From Mobula hypostoma (lineage: Eukaryota): a stretch of 64,000 nt of DNA. This document shows, in pieces, positions 24,339-35,545 of this stretch. How positions within the stretch are numbered: position 1 is the first letter of the stretch; each line of letters opens with the position of its first letter. The stretch lies in NCBI RefSeq assembly GCF_963921235.1, contig NC_086097.1:108254001-108318000 (forward strand). The letters run 5' to 3'. A program made the position numbers and the translations under genes. The notes below the pieces were generated by a model. The model searched no databases, was not told where the DNA came from, and saw only the letters and a list, made by a program, of their open reading frames with translations.

Positions 24339-27300
24339 AAACATAGAAACATAGAAAATAGGTGCAGAAGTAGGCCATTCGGCCCTTCGAGCCTGCACCG
24401 CCATTTATTATGATCATGGCTGATCCTCCAACTCAGAACCCCGCCCGAGCCTTCCCTCCATACCCCCTGATCCCTTTAGCCAGAAGGGCCATATCTAACT
24501 CCCTCTTAAATATAGCCAATGAACTGGCCTCAACTGTTTCCTGTGGCAGAGAATTTCACAAATTCACCACTCTCTGTGTGAAGAAGTTTTTCCTAATCTC
24601 GGCCCTAAAAGGCTTCCCCTCTATCCTCAAACTGTGACCCCTCATTCTGGACTTCCCCAACATCGGGAACAATCTTCCTGCATCTAGCCTGTCCAATCCC
24701 TTTAGGATTTTATACGTTTCAATCAGATCACCCCTCAATCTTCTAAATTCCAACGAGTACAAGCCCAGTTCATCCAGTCTTTCTTCATATGAAAGTCCTG
24801 CCATCCCAGGAATCAATCTGGTGAACCTTCTTTGTACTCCCTCTATGGCAAGGATGTCTTTCCTCAGATTAGGGGACCAAAACTGCACACAATACTCCAG
24901 ATGTGGTCTCACCAAGGCCTTGTACAACTGCAGTAGTACCTCCCTGCTCCTGTACTCGAATCCTCTCGCTATAAATGCCAGCATACCATTCGCCTTTTTC
25001 ACCGCCTGCTGTACCTGCATGCCCACTTTCAATGACTGGTGTATAATGACACCCAGGTCTCGTTGCACCTCCCCTTTTCCTAATCGGCCACCATTCAGAT
25101 AATAATCTGTTTTCCTATTTTTGCCACCAAAGTGGATAACTTCACATTTATCCACATTAAATTGCATCTGCCATGAATTTGCCCACTCACCCAACCTATC
25201 CAAGTCACTCTGCATCCTCTTAGCATCCTCCTCACAGCTAACACTGCCACCCAGCTTCGTGTCATCTGCAAACTTGGAGATGCTGCATTTAATTCCCTCA
25301 TCCAAGTCATTAATATATATTGTAAACAACCGGGGTCCCAGCACTGAGCCTTGTGGTACCCCACTAGTCACCGCCTGCCATTCTGAAAAGGTCCCGTTTA
25401 TTCCCACTCTTTGCTTCCTGTCTGCTAACCAATTTTCCATCCACATCAATACCTTACCCCCAATACCGTGTGCTTTAAGTTCGCACACTAATCTCCTGTG
25501 TGGGACCTTGTCAAAAGCCTTTTGAAAATCCAAATATACCACATCCACTGGTTCTCCCCTATCCACTCTACTAGTTACATCCTCAAAAAATTCTGAGATT
25601 CGTCAGACATGATTTTCCTTTCACAAATCCATGCTGACTTTACCGCTTTCCAAATGTGCTGTTATCACATCTTTGATAACTGACTCCAGCAGTTTCCCCA
25701 CCACCGACGTTAGGCTAACCGGTCTATAATTCCCCGGTTTCTCTCTCCCTCCTTTTTTAAAAAGTGGGGTTACATTAGCCACCCTCCAATCCTCAGGAAC
25801 TAGTCCAGAATCTAACGAGTTTTGAAAAATCATCACTAATGCATCCACTATTTCTTGGGCTACTTCCTTAAGCACTCTAGGATGCAGACCACCTGGCCCC
25901 GGGGATTTATCTGCCTTCAATCCCTTCAATTTACCTAACACCACTTCCCTACTAACATGTATTTCGCTCAGTTCCTCCATCTCACTGGACCCTCTGTCCC
26001 CTACTATTTCTGGAAGATTATTTATGTCCTCCTTAGTGAAGACAGAACCAAAGTAATTATTCAATTGGTCTGCCATGTCCTTGCTCCCCATAATCAATTC
26101 ACCTGTTTCTGTCTATAGGGGACCTACATTTGTCTTTACCAGTCTTTTCCTTTTTACATATCTATAAAAGCTTTTACAGTCAGTTTTTATGTTCCCTGCC
26201 AGTTTTCTCTCATAATCTTTTTTCCCCTTCCTAATTAAGCCTCCTCTGCTGAACTCTGAGTTTCTCCCAGTCCTCAGGTGAGCCACTTTCTCTGGCTAAT
26301 TTGTATGCTTCTTCTTTGGAATTGATACTATCCCTAATTTCTCTTGTCAGCCACGGGTGCACTACCTTCCTTGATTTATTCTTTTGCCAAACTGGGATGA
26401 ACAATTGTTGTAGTTCATCCATGCAACCTTTAAATGCTTGCCATTGCATATCCACCGTCAATCCTTCAAGTGTCATTTGCCAGTCTATCTTAGCTAATTC
26501 ACATCTCATACCTTCAGTCACCCCTCTTTAAGTTCAGAACCTTTGTTTCTGAATTAACTATGTCACTCTCCATCTTAATGAAGAATTCCACCATATTATG
26601 GTCACTCTTACCCAAGGGGCCTCTCACGACAAGATTGCTAATTAACCCTTCCTCATTGCTCAAAACCCAGTCCAGAATAGCCTGCTCTCTAGTTGGTTCC
26701 TCGACATGTTGGTTCAAAAAACCATCCCGCATACATTCCAAGAAATCCTCTTCCTCAGCACCTTTACCAATTTGGTTCACTCAATCTACATGTAGATTGA
26801 AGTCACCCATTATAACTGCTGTTCCTTTATTGCACACATTTCTAATTTCCTGTTTAATACCATCTCCGACCTCACTACTACAGTTAGGTGGCCTGTACAC
26901 AACTCCCACCAGCGTCTTCTGCCCCTTAGTGTTACGCAGCTCTACCCATATCGATTCCACATCTTCCCGGCTTATGTCCTTCCTTTCTATTGCGTTAATC
27001 TCTTCTTTAACCAGCAACGCCACCCCACCTCCCCTTCCTTCATGTCTATCCCTCCTGAATATTGAATATCCCTGAACGTTGAGCTCCCATCCTTGGTCAC
27101 CCTGGAGCCATGTCTCTGTGATCCCAACTATATCATAATCATTAATAACAATCTGCACTTTCAATTCATCCACCTTATTACGAATGCTCCTTGCATTGAC
27201 ACACAAAGCCTTCAGGCGCTCTTTTACAACTCACTTAGCCCTTATACAATTATGTTGAAAAGTGGCCCTTTTTAATGCTTGCCCTGGATTTGTCGGCCTG

Positions 27301-27485
27301 CCACTTTTACTTTTCTCCTTTGTACTTTTTGCTTCTACCCTCACTTTACACTCCTCTGTCTCTCTGCACTAGTTTCCATCCCCCTGTTGTGAACTAACCT
27401 CCTCACGCCCAGCCTCTTTAATTTGATTCCCACCCCCCAACCATTCTAGTTTAAAGTCACCTCAGTAGCCCTCGCTAATCTCCCT
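24339..27485 (-). mobile_element. Young CR1 LINE with essentially complete ORF2 (APE endonuclease + RT) broken by a few frameshifts
   Basis: ORFs 26781-27206 (NARSIRNK, GITETWL, VGVVYRPP, MGDFN), 26514-26780 (SDHN), 26231-26521, 25621-26097, 24556-25566; (CATAGAAA)n tail. Confidence 0.97.
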
Positions 27486-27521
27486 AAATTACAGATTACA
27501 GTACGTGTGTACATATACAGT

Positions 27522-27523
27522 GA

Positions 27524-27568
<45 letters not shown>

Positions 27569-27572
27569 TATA
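27522..27572. repeat. (TA)n/(CA)n microsatellite; its other half lies at 32621-32668
   Basis: Direct reading; the Tc1 sits in a TA of this tract. Confidence 0.9.
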
Positions 27573-27733
27573 CAATGGCATGCAAAAGTTTGTGCACCCC
27601 TGGTCAAAATTTTGGAATCTCTGTTACTGTGAATCGCTAAGCGAGTAAAAGATGAACTGATTTCCAAAAGGCATAAAGTTAAAGATGACACATTTCTTTA
27701 ATATTTTAAGCAAGAAAACTTGTTTATTTCCAT

Positions 27734-30674
27734 ATAACCATATATAACTATATAACAATTACAGCATGGAAACAGGCTATCTCGGCCCTTCTGGTCCGTG
27801 CCGAACTCTTACTCTCACTGACCTGCACTCAGCCCATAACCCTCCATTCCTTTCCTGTCCATATAGCTGTCCAGTTTAACTTTAATCGACAACATCGAAC
27901 CTGCCTCAACCACTTCTGCTGGAAGCTCGTTCCACACAGCTACCACTCTCTGAGTAAAGAAGTTCCCCCTCATGTTACCCCTAAACTTTTGCCCTTTAAC
28001 TCTCAACTCATGTCCCCTTGTTTGAATCTCTCCCACTCTCAATGGAAAAAGCCTATCCACCTCAACTTTATCTACGTCAACTCTATCTATCCCCCTCATA
28101 ATTTTAAATACCTCTATCAAGTACCCCCTCAACCTTCTACACTCCAAAGAATAAAAACCCAACTTGTTCAACCTTTCTCTGTAACTTAGGTGACGAAACT
28201 CTGGTAACATTCTAGTAAACCTTCTCTGTACTCTCTCTATTTTGTTGACATCTTTCCTATAATTCGGTGACCAAAACTGCACACAATACTCCAAATCTGG
28301 CCTCACCAATGCCTTGTACATTTTTAACATTACATCCCAACTCCTATACTCAATGCTCTGATTTATAAAGGCCAGCATACCAAAAGCTTTCTTCACTACC
28401 CTATCCACATGAGATTCCACCTTCAGGGAACTATGTACCATTATTTCTTGAACCCTCTGTTCTACTGCATTCTTCAATGCCCTACGATTTACCATGTATG
28501 TCCTATTTTGATTAGTCCTACCAAAGTGTAGCACCTCACATTTATCAGCATTAAACTCCATCTGCCATCTTTCAGCCCACTCTTCTAACTGGCCCAAATC
28601 TCTCAGCAAGCTTTGAAAACCTACTTCATTATCCACAACGCCACCTATCTTAGTATCATCTGGATACTTACTCATCCAATTTACCACCCCATCATCCAGA
28701 TCATTCATGTATATGACAAATAACACCAGACCCAGTACAGATCCCTGAGGCACACCACTAGTCACCGGCCTCCTGACTCTCACAGCTATCTGGACTATTC
28801 CTCTTCTCACCCTGTCTCTTGCAAAAACGCCATCCCCTTCTCGCAATTCCTCCGTCTCCGCCGCATCTGCTCTCAGAATGAGGCTTTTCATTCTAGGACG
28901 AGGGAGATGTCTTCATTTTTTAAAGAAAGGGGCTTCCCTTCCTCCACTATCAACTCTGCTCTTAAACGCATCTCCCCCATTTCACGTACATCTGCTCTCA
29001 CTCCATCCTCCCACCACCCCACTAGGAATAGGGTTCCCCTGGTTCTCACCTACCACCCCACCAGCCTCCGGGTCCAACATATTATTCTCCGTAACTTCCG
29101 CCACCTCCAACGGGATCCCACCACTAAGCATATCTTTCCCTCCCCCCCCTCTCTGCATTCCGCAGGGATCGCTCCCTACACAACTCCCTTGTCCATTCGT
29201 CCCCCCCATCCCTCCCCACTGATCTCCCTCCTGGCACTTATCCGTGTAAGCGGAACAAGTGCTACACATGCCCTTACACTTCCTCCCTTACCACCATTCA
29301 GGGCCCCAAACAGTCCTTCCAGGTGAGGCATCACTTCACCTGTGAGTCGACTGGGGTGATATACTGCGTCCGGTGGTCCCGATGTGGCCTTTTATATATT
29401 GGTGAGACCCGACACAGACTGGGAGACCGCTTTGCTGAACATCTACGCTCTGTCCGCCAGAGAAAGCAGGATCTCCCAGTGGCCACACATTTTAATTCCA
29501 CATCCCATTCCCATTCTGACATGTCTATCCACGGCCTCCTCTACTGTAAAGATGAAGCCACACTCAGGTTGGAGGAACAACACCTTATATTCCGTATGGG
29601 TAGCCTCCAACCTGATGGCATGAACATTGACTTCTCTAACTTCCGCTAGGCCCCACCTCCCCCTCGTACCCCATTTGTTACTCTTTTTTATGCACACATT
29701 CTTTCTCTCACTCTCCTTTTTCTCCCTCTGTCCCTCTGAATATACCTCTTGCCCATCCTCTGGGTCACCCCCCCCCTCCGTCTTTCTTCCCGGACCTCTT
29801 GTCCCATGATCCTCTCGTATCCCCTTCTGCCTATCACCTGTCCAGCTCTCGGCTCCATCCCTCCCCCTCCTGTCTTCTCCTATCATTTTGCATCTCCCCC
29901 TCCCCCTCCAGCTTTCAAATCCCTTACTCACTCTTCCTTCAGTTAGTCCTGACGAAGGGTCTCGGCCTGAAACGTGACTGCGCCTCTTCCTATAGATGCT
30001 GCCTGGCCTGCTGCGTTCACCAGCAACTTTGATGTGTGTTGCTCCAATCTGACAAACCACTTTCCACCACCACTCTCTGGCGTCTCCCATCCAGCCAATG
30101 CTGAATCCATTTTACTACTTCAATATTAATACCTAATGATTGAACCTTCCTAACCAACCTTCCGTGTGGGACCTTGTCAAAGGCCTTACTGAAGTCCATA
30201 TAGACAATATCCACCGCTTTACCCTCGTCAACATTCCTAGTAACCTCTTCAAAAAATTAATAAGATTTGTCAAACATGACCTTCCACACACAAATCCATG
30301 TTGACTGTTCCTAATCAGATCCTGTCTATCCAGATAATCCAGAATAAGTCCATCCCTAAGAATACTTTCCATCAATTTACCCACCACTGATGTCAAACTC
30401 ACAGGCCGATAATTGCTAGGTTTACTCTTAGAACCCTTTTTAAACAATGGAACCACATGAGCAATATGCCAATCCTCCGGCACCATTCCCGTTTCCAATG
30501 ACATTTGAAATATTTCTGTCAGAGCCCCTGCTATTTCCACACTAACTTCCCTCAATGTCCTGTCAGGACACGGAGACCTATCCACTTTTATATTCCTTAA
30601 AAGTTCCAGTACTACTTCTTCAATCATCATAGTTTCCATAACTTCCCTACCCGTTTCCCTTACCTTACACAGTT
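27734..30674 (-). mobile_element. CR1 LINE (second subfamily) inserted in the left Tc1 TIR
   Basis: 7-bp duplication TTTCCAT (27727-27733, 30675-30681); ORFs 30133-30681, 30017-30214 and the CR1 part of 27815-28891. Confidence 0.93.
28774..30041 (+). mobile_element. Penelope-like element 3' part (RT thumb, GIY-YIG endonuclease, tail) inserted in CR1
   Basis: DSHSYLDYSSSHPVSCKNAIPFSQFLRLRRICS; ORF 29323-29649 GVIYCVRWSRCGLLYIGETRHRLGDRFAEH; CTCC on both sides (28770-28773, 30042-30045). Confidence 0.93.
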
Positions 30675-30961
30675 TTTCCATCTTTTACAGTTTCAAAATA
30701 ACAAAAAAGGAAAAGAACCTGAAGCAAAAGTTTGGGCACCCTGCATGGCAGTACTTAGTAACACCCCCTTTAGCAAGTATCACAGCTTGTAAGCGCTTTT
30801 TGTAGCCAGCTAAGAGTCTTTCAATTCTTGTTTGGGGGACTTTCGCCCATTCTTCCTTGCAAAAGGCTTCTAGTTCTGTGAGATTCTTGGGCTGTCTTGC
30901 ATGTACTGCTCTTTTGAGGTCCATCCACAGATAGACCTCAAAAAGTTCTATTCAAAAGGTT

Positions 30962-31571
30962 CAAAGGAACATCTAAACAAACCTGATGCATTTTGGAAAC
31001 AAGTCCTGTGGACTGATGAAGTTAAAATAGAACTTTTTTGGCCGCAATGAGAAAGGGTATGTTTGGAGAAAAAAAGGTGAAGAATTTCATGAAAAGAACC
31101 CCTCTCCAACTGTTAAGCACAGGGGTGGATCAATCATGCTTTGGGCTTGTGTTGCAGCCAGTGGCACGGGGAACATTTACTGGTAGAGGGAAGAATGAAT
31201 TCAATTAAATACCAGCAAATTCTAGAAGCAAGCATCTCACCGTCTGTAAAAAAAAAGCCAAAGATGAAAAGAGGATGACTTCTACAACAGGATAATGATC
31301 CTAAACACACCTCAAAATCCACAATGGACTACCTCAAGAGGCACAAGCTAAAGGTTTTGCCATGGTCCTCACAGTCCCCTGACCTAAACATCATCGAAAA
31401 TCTGTGGATAGACCTCAAAAGAGCAGTGCATGCAAGACGGCCCAAGAATCTCACAGAACTAGAAGCCTTTTGCAAGGCAGAATGGGCGAAAGTCCCCCAA
31501 ACAAGAATTGAAAGACTCTTAGCTGGCTACAAAAAGCGCTTACAAGCTGTGATACTTGCTAAAGGGGGTGT
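30962..31571 (+). pseudogene. Tc1 transposase catalytic-domain remnant, DD34E
   Basis: KEHLNKPDAFWKQVLWTDE, TVKHRGGSIMLWAC, QQDNDPKHTS, SPDLNIIENLW; 34 residues between second D and E; frameshifts and a stop; N-terminus absent. Confidence 0.92.
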
Positions 31572-32247
31572 GGGATGGTTCCTCTCTGTTCTGGTGGTCA
31601 AAGTGAGTATAGAAGGCATTGAACTCCTCTGGACGCAAAGCTCTGCTGTCCTCTATGTTGCAAAATTTAACTTTGTAGTAGGTTATGGCATTCAAATCCT
31701 GCCACAGCTGTCAAGCATCCCTCATTAATTCCAGCCTAGTATAGAATCTCCTCTTCGCCCGAGAGATGGCTTTCTGGACATCATTTCTGCACCTCTTGAT
31801 CTCCAGACTTGACTGCCTATGACCTGGCTCTCAGCAGGCTCCAAATTTCATTGTTCATCCAGAGCTTCTGATTGGGGTAAACCCTGAACGATTTTGTGTA
31901 AAGTCTGTAACAATCCTGATGTAGTCACTCAGGTCCTCAGATGAGTCCTTGAACATGGCCAAGTCTACTGACTCAAGGCAATCCTGTAACCGCTCCTCAG
32001 CCTCCTGCGACCACCTCTGGTTGTCTTGATCTCTGGAGCTTTGGTCTTTAGGCTTTGTCTGTATGCAGGAAGTAGGAGTACAGCCAAATTGGCAGGGCTT
32101 TCTTCAGATAGACCTGGTTAAAGTCACAAACTATAATTTCAAACGCGTCGAGTTGAACCGCTTCTTGTTTTCAGACAGCATGGTGCAGTTCCACGAGTGC
32201 TTGCTTATAACCGGCCACACTGTGGTCAGGAGCACGGATAAGAATTC
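31562..32247 (-). repeat. 686-bp inverted copy of 36099-36784
   Basis: Reverse-complement match with 2 mismatches by eye; ORFs 32063-32341(+) and 36071-36283(-) share their first 62 aa apart from one residue. Confidence 0.97.
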
Positions 32248-32372
32248 CATGGTTTGCTGGAGATGTGGGTCTTTTAATTTGAAAAGACGTATGCCATTTT
32301 CTACTACTGATCAGTTCACATCCTGTCTCCCTTTGTCCTAATACTCACCTGTAATAACTGTAGTCTGTAAAG
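32247..32372 (-). repeat. 126-bp inverted copy of unique sequence 21800-21925
   Basis: CCATGGTTTGCTGG...TACTCACCTGTAATAACTGTAGTCTGTAAAG is the reverse complement of 21800-21925, 2 mismatches by eye. Confidence 0.96.
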
Positions 32373-32636
32373 CTGTGAAAGAGGGTGCTAGTAGGTACTG
32401 CCATGCAGGGTGCCCAAACTTTTGCTTCAGGCCCTTTTCCCTTTTTGTTATTTTGAAACTGTAAAAGATGGAAATAAAAAAGTTTTCTTGCTTAAAATAT
32501 TAAAGAAATGTGTCATCTTTAACTTTATGCCTTTTGGAAATCAGTTCATCTTTTACTCGTTTAGCTATTCACAGTAACAGAAGTTTTGATCAGGGGTGTC
32601 CAAAGCTTTGCATGCCACTGTATGTATGTATATGTA

Positions 32637-32668
<32 letters not shown>

Positions 32669-33448
32669 GTTAAATAAGTACTGCAACAATAACAGAAACA
32701 AAAAAGTAATAAGGTTGTGTTCATGGGTTCAATGTCCATTCAGAAATCAGAAGGCAGGAGGTGAATAAGCGGTCCCTGAATTGCTTCGTGTGTGCCTTCA
32801 GGTTTCTCCATTCATTCCTGATGGTAACAATGACAACTTGGGTGATGGGGATCCTTGGGATGCCATCTATTTTGAGGCATCACTCCTTGAAGAGGTCCTG
32901 GACACTGCAGAGGCTGGTGCCCATGATGGAGCCGACGAAGTTTACAACTGTCTGCAGCTTACTTTGATCATGTGCAGTAGCTCCCCTCCCCCCAGACTAG
33001 ACAGTGATGCACCCAGCCTGAGTGCCCTCCACGGTACATCTGTAGAAATTTGCATATTGTGGAACCAGAGAATTGTGGTCTGTTTTATTAGTTTGTTCTA
33101 TTGATTTCAATTGCAATAAATTTCAGAAGCAGAATGTAACACTATCCCACTTGATATCACATACTTCGCCCTACTGACTGGCTGACCAGGGATGAAAATT
33201 GTATCTATCTTTGTATGTATGTTGTAAGGAAGGAGACCGTGTTGTGACTAACTTAAACTAAAGGAACAAGGATTTGGGAGAACGGACAAAATTGCAGGGA
33301 AGAATATTAAGTGGTGAGGTTGTTCACAGCAGAAGGGTATTCTTTCTGGGATCATGCAAGGCTACAACCAGAAAAATGCCTCATCCAAAGAAAAATGAAG
33401 AGACCTTTAACTTAACCGTATCTGTAAAACCTATCAAATACTTAAAAT

Positions 33449-33662
33449 GGCAGCATCTATGGAAAGAGCAAACAGTCGATATTTTGGGCTGAGACCTTTC
33501 ATCAGGACTCTGCACCGTGTTCTTTGTCAGGACTTCAAGGGTCTCAATCCAAAACGTGAACTGTTTGCTCTGTTCCGTAGATGCTGCCTGACCTGCTGAG
33601 TTCACCCAGCATTTTGTGTGTGTTGCTTTGATTTCCAGCATCTGCAGAATCTCTTGTATTTG
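33449..33662. mobile_element. Second head-to-head pair of Penelope tails
   Basis: GGCAGCATCTATGGAAAGAGCAAACAGT (33449-) pairs with ACTGTTTGCTCTGTTCCGTAGATGCTGCC (-33588). Confidence 0.7.
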
Positions 33663-34057
33663 TAATATTTAAAATACTTTGATTGTTTAAATACTTGAAA
33701 GCAAAAAAAAGGTCAAAACATTTAAAATTAATAAAAATAAAATACTTAAATAGCTAAGTAAAAACTAAAGATAAAATATGCTAGAATACTTAAAGCCTAA
33801 AATTAGGGTGGATAAATTTCCAGGACATGACAAGGTATCCCCTTGGACCTTGTGGGAGGCTAATACAGAAATTGCAAAAGTCCTGGTAGAGATATTTAAA
33901 ATGCCCTTTCCCATGGGTGAGATGCCAGAGGGATGGAGGATGCTAATGTTATTTTCTCATCAAAGAGTTCACTGGAAAAATTTAGGCTACTAAACCTGAC
34001 ATTAGTAGTGGGTAAATTATTAGAAGGTTTTTTTTTAGGGGACAGGATTTATAAGTA

Positions 34058-34692
34058 CAGTGGATTCCAGTTAATTTGGCCATCATTAGTTGGGGCGGCC
34101 GCTTATTTGGGACTACTCTTAAGAAAAACAACAAAACTAATTGAGAAAATTTGGGACACTATGCTGCTTAATTGGGACAGGAGACTGTTGCCAAACAGTT
34201 TTTAACTAGTGTCAGTCACATGCACTTGTGTGGCAGTTAGACACTACACCATGCTTAGAGTGAATAGTTTTTAAATAATGTCAGTGGCATGTACGTAGTT
34301 ATGTTATCCATTTGGGCCAATGGACGCTGATTCAAAAAACAATGATTTTTGATCATTTTGGTTTGAAGACAGTCTATTATCTGCACTAGGTGCCTATGCT
34401 GATTTTGCTTATTTACATTCAATCAAAAGAACATAGTAAAGTACACAGGACGAATTCCTCTGTCGATAACTATTTGGAACTAATACATAGTTTTACATAC
34501 TGTAGTAGTATTGGTAGTGTTCTAATTTGTTCTGTATTTCATATAAATAATAATTTTTACACAGTTACATGGTAGTTTGTCTTTTTGAAAGCTTTTTAAC
34601 TATTTTCATGAAACTTCGGCTAATTGGGGCGGCAGTTTAATTGGGCTAAAATGTACTAGTCCTGAGATGTCCCAATTAACTGGAATCCACTG
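34058..34692. mobile_element. Tc1/mariner-superfamily (Tigger/pogo-like) MITE, 635 bp
   Basis: TIR CAGTGGATTCCAGTTAATT (19 bp perfect, 27 bp with 2 mismatches); TA on both sides; no ORF. Confidence 0.88.
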
Positions 34693-35545
34693 TACAGGTA
34701 TTTGGATAGACAACACCTGGTCAGGGATAGTTAGCCTGGCTTTGTGCATGGTAGATTCTCCCTAACCAATCTTACAGAGATTCTGAAGGCTGTTACCGGG
34801 AAAGCTGATGAAGGCAAGGTAGTGGATGTTGTCTACATGGACTTTAGCAAAGCTTTTGACAGAGTCCTGCACGGGAGGCTGGTCAAGAAGGTTCAAGTCA
34901 CTTGGCGTTCAGGATGAGAGAGTAAAATGGATTCAACATTGTCTTTGCCTGTGACGTGGTGTGATGGGTCCACCTTCCTTGTCACTTATGATAATATGGT
35001 AAACCGGATAATATGACAATATGGTAATATGGATGATAATATGGTAAACTGGATCAGCAGATATGCAGATAACACCAAGATGGGTAGTCTACCTGGCAGC
35101 AAGGAAAGCTATCAAAGTTGGCAGAGGAATCTGAACCACTTGGAAAAATAGACCGAAAAATGGCAGATACAAATTAATGCAGATGAGTGTCAGGTGTTGC
35201 ATTTTGGGAGGGAAAAACAGGTTAGGACTTACACAATGAGCACTGTGCATGGAGCACAGTGGGTTCTGAAGAGTGCAGTAGAACAGAAGGATCTGGGAAT
35301 ATAGATCCATAATTCCTTGAAAGTGGAGTCACAGGTAGATGGGTCATAAAGAGAGCTTTTGGTATATTTGACCTTCATAAATCAAAGTATTCAGTACAGA
35401 AGTTGGGATTTTATATTGAAGTTGTATAAAACGCTGATGAGGTCTAATTTGGAGTATTGTGTGCAGGACTCGTCACCTACCTACAGGAAAGATATCAATA
35501 AGATGGTAAGAATTCAGAGAAAATTTATAAGGATGATGCTAGGAG

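Larger units (their letters stand above)
27573..32620. mobile_element. Rearranged non-autonomous Tc1 (DD34E) element with long inverted arms, TA target duplication, nested CR1/Penelope and captured local DNA
   Basis: TA|CAATGGCATGCAAAAGTTTG ... CAAAGCTTTGCATGCCACTG|TA; inner direct repeat GCAAAAGTTTGGGCACCC; left arm 27573-27733 + 30675-30932 is the reverse complement of 31400-31571 + 32373-32620. Confidence 0.93.
24253..33050 (-). mobile_element. Rex1/Babar 3' end split into pieces (24253-24338, 27486-27572, 32621-33050) by CR1 and Tc1 insertions
   Basis: Pieces join into the same tail seen unbroken at 6805-7125. Confidence 0.7.

Noticed and set aside
27815..28891. 358-aa ORF as a novel RT with an unusual N-terminus
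   Set aside because: Chimera: the first 40 or so residues are antisense Penelope sequence read across the insertion junction at 28773.
31324..31728. Tc1 transposase with a novel C-terminal extension
   Set aside because: The extension is antisense Rex DNA from the templated insert; the ORF starts after the second catalytic D and cannot be an active transposase.
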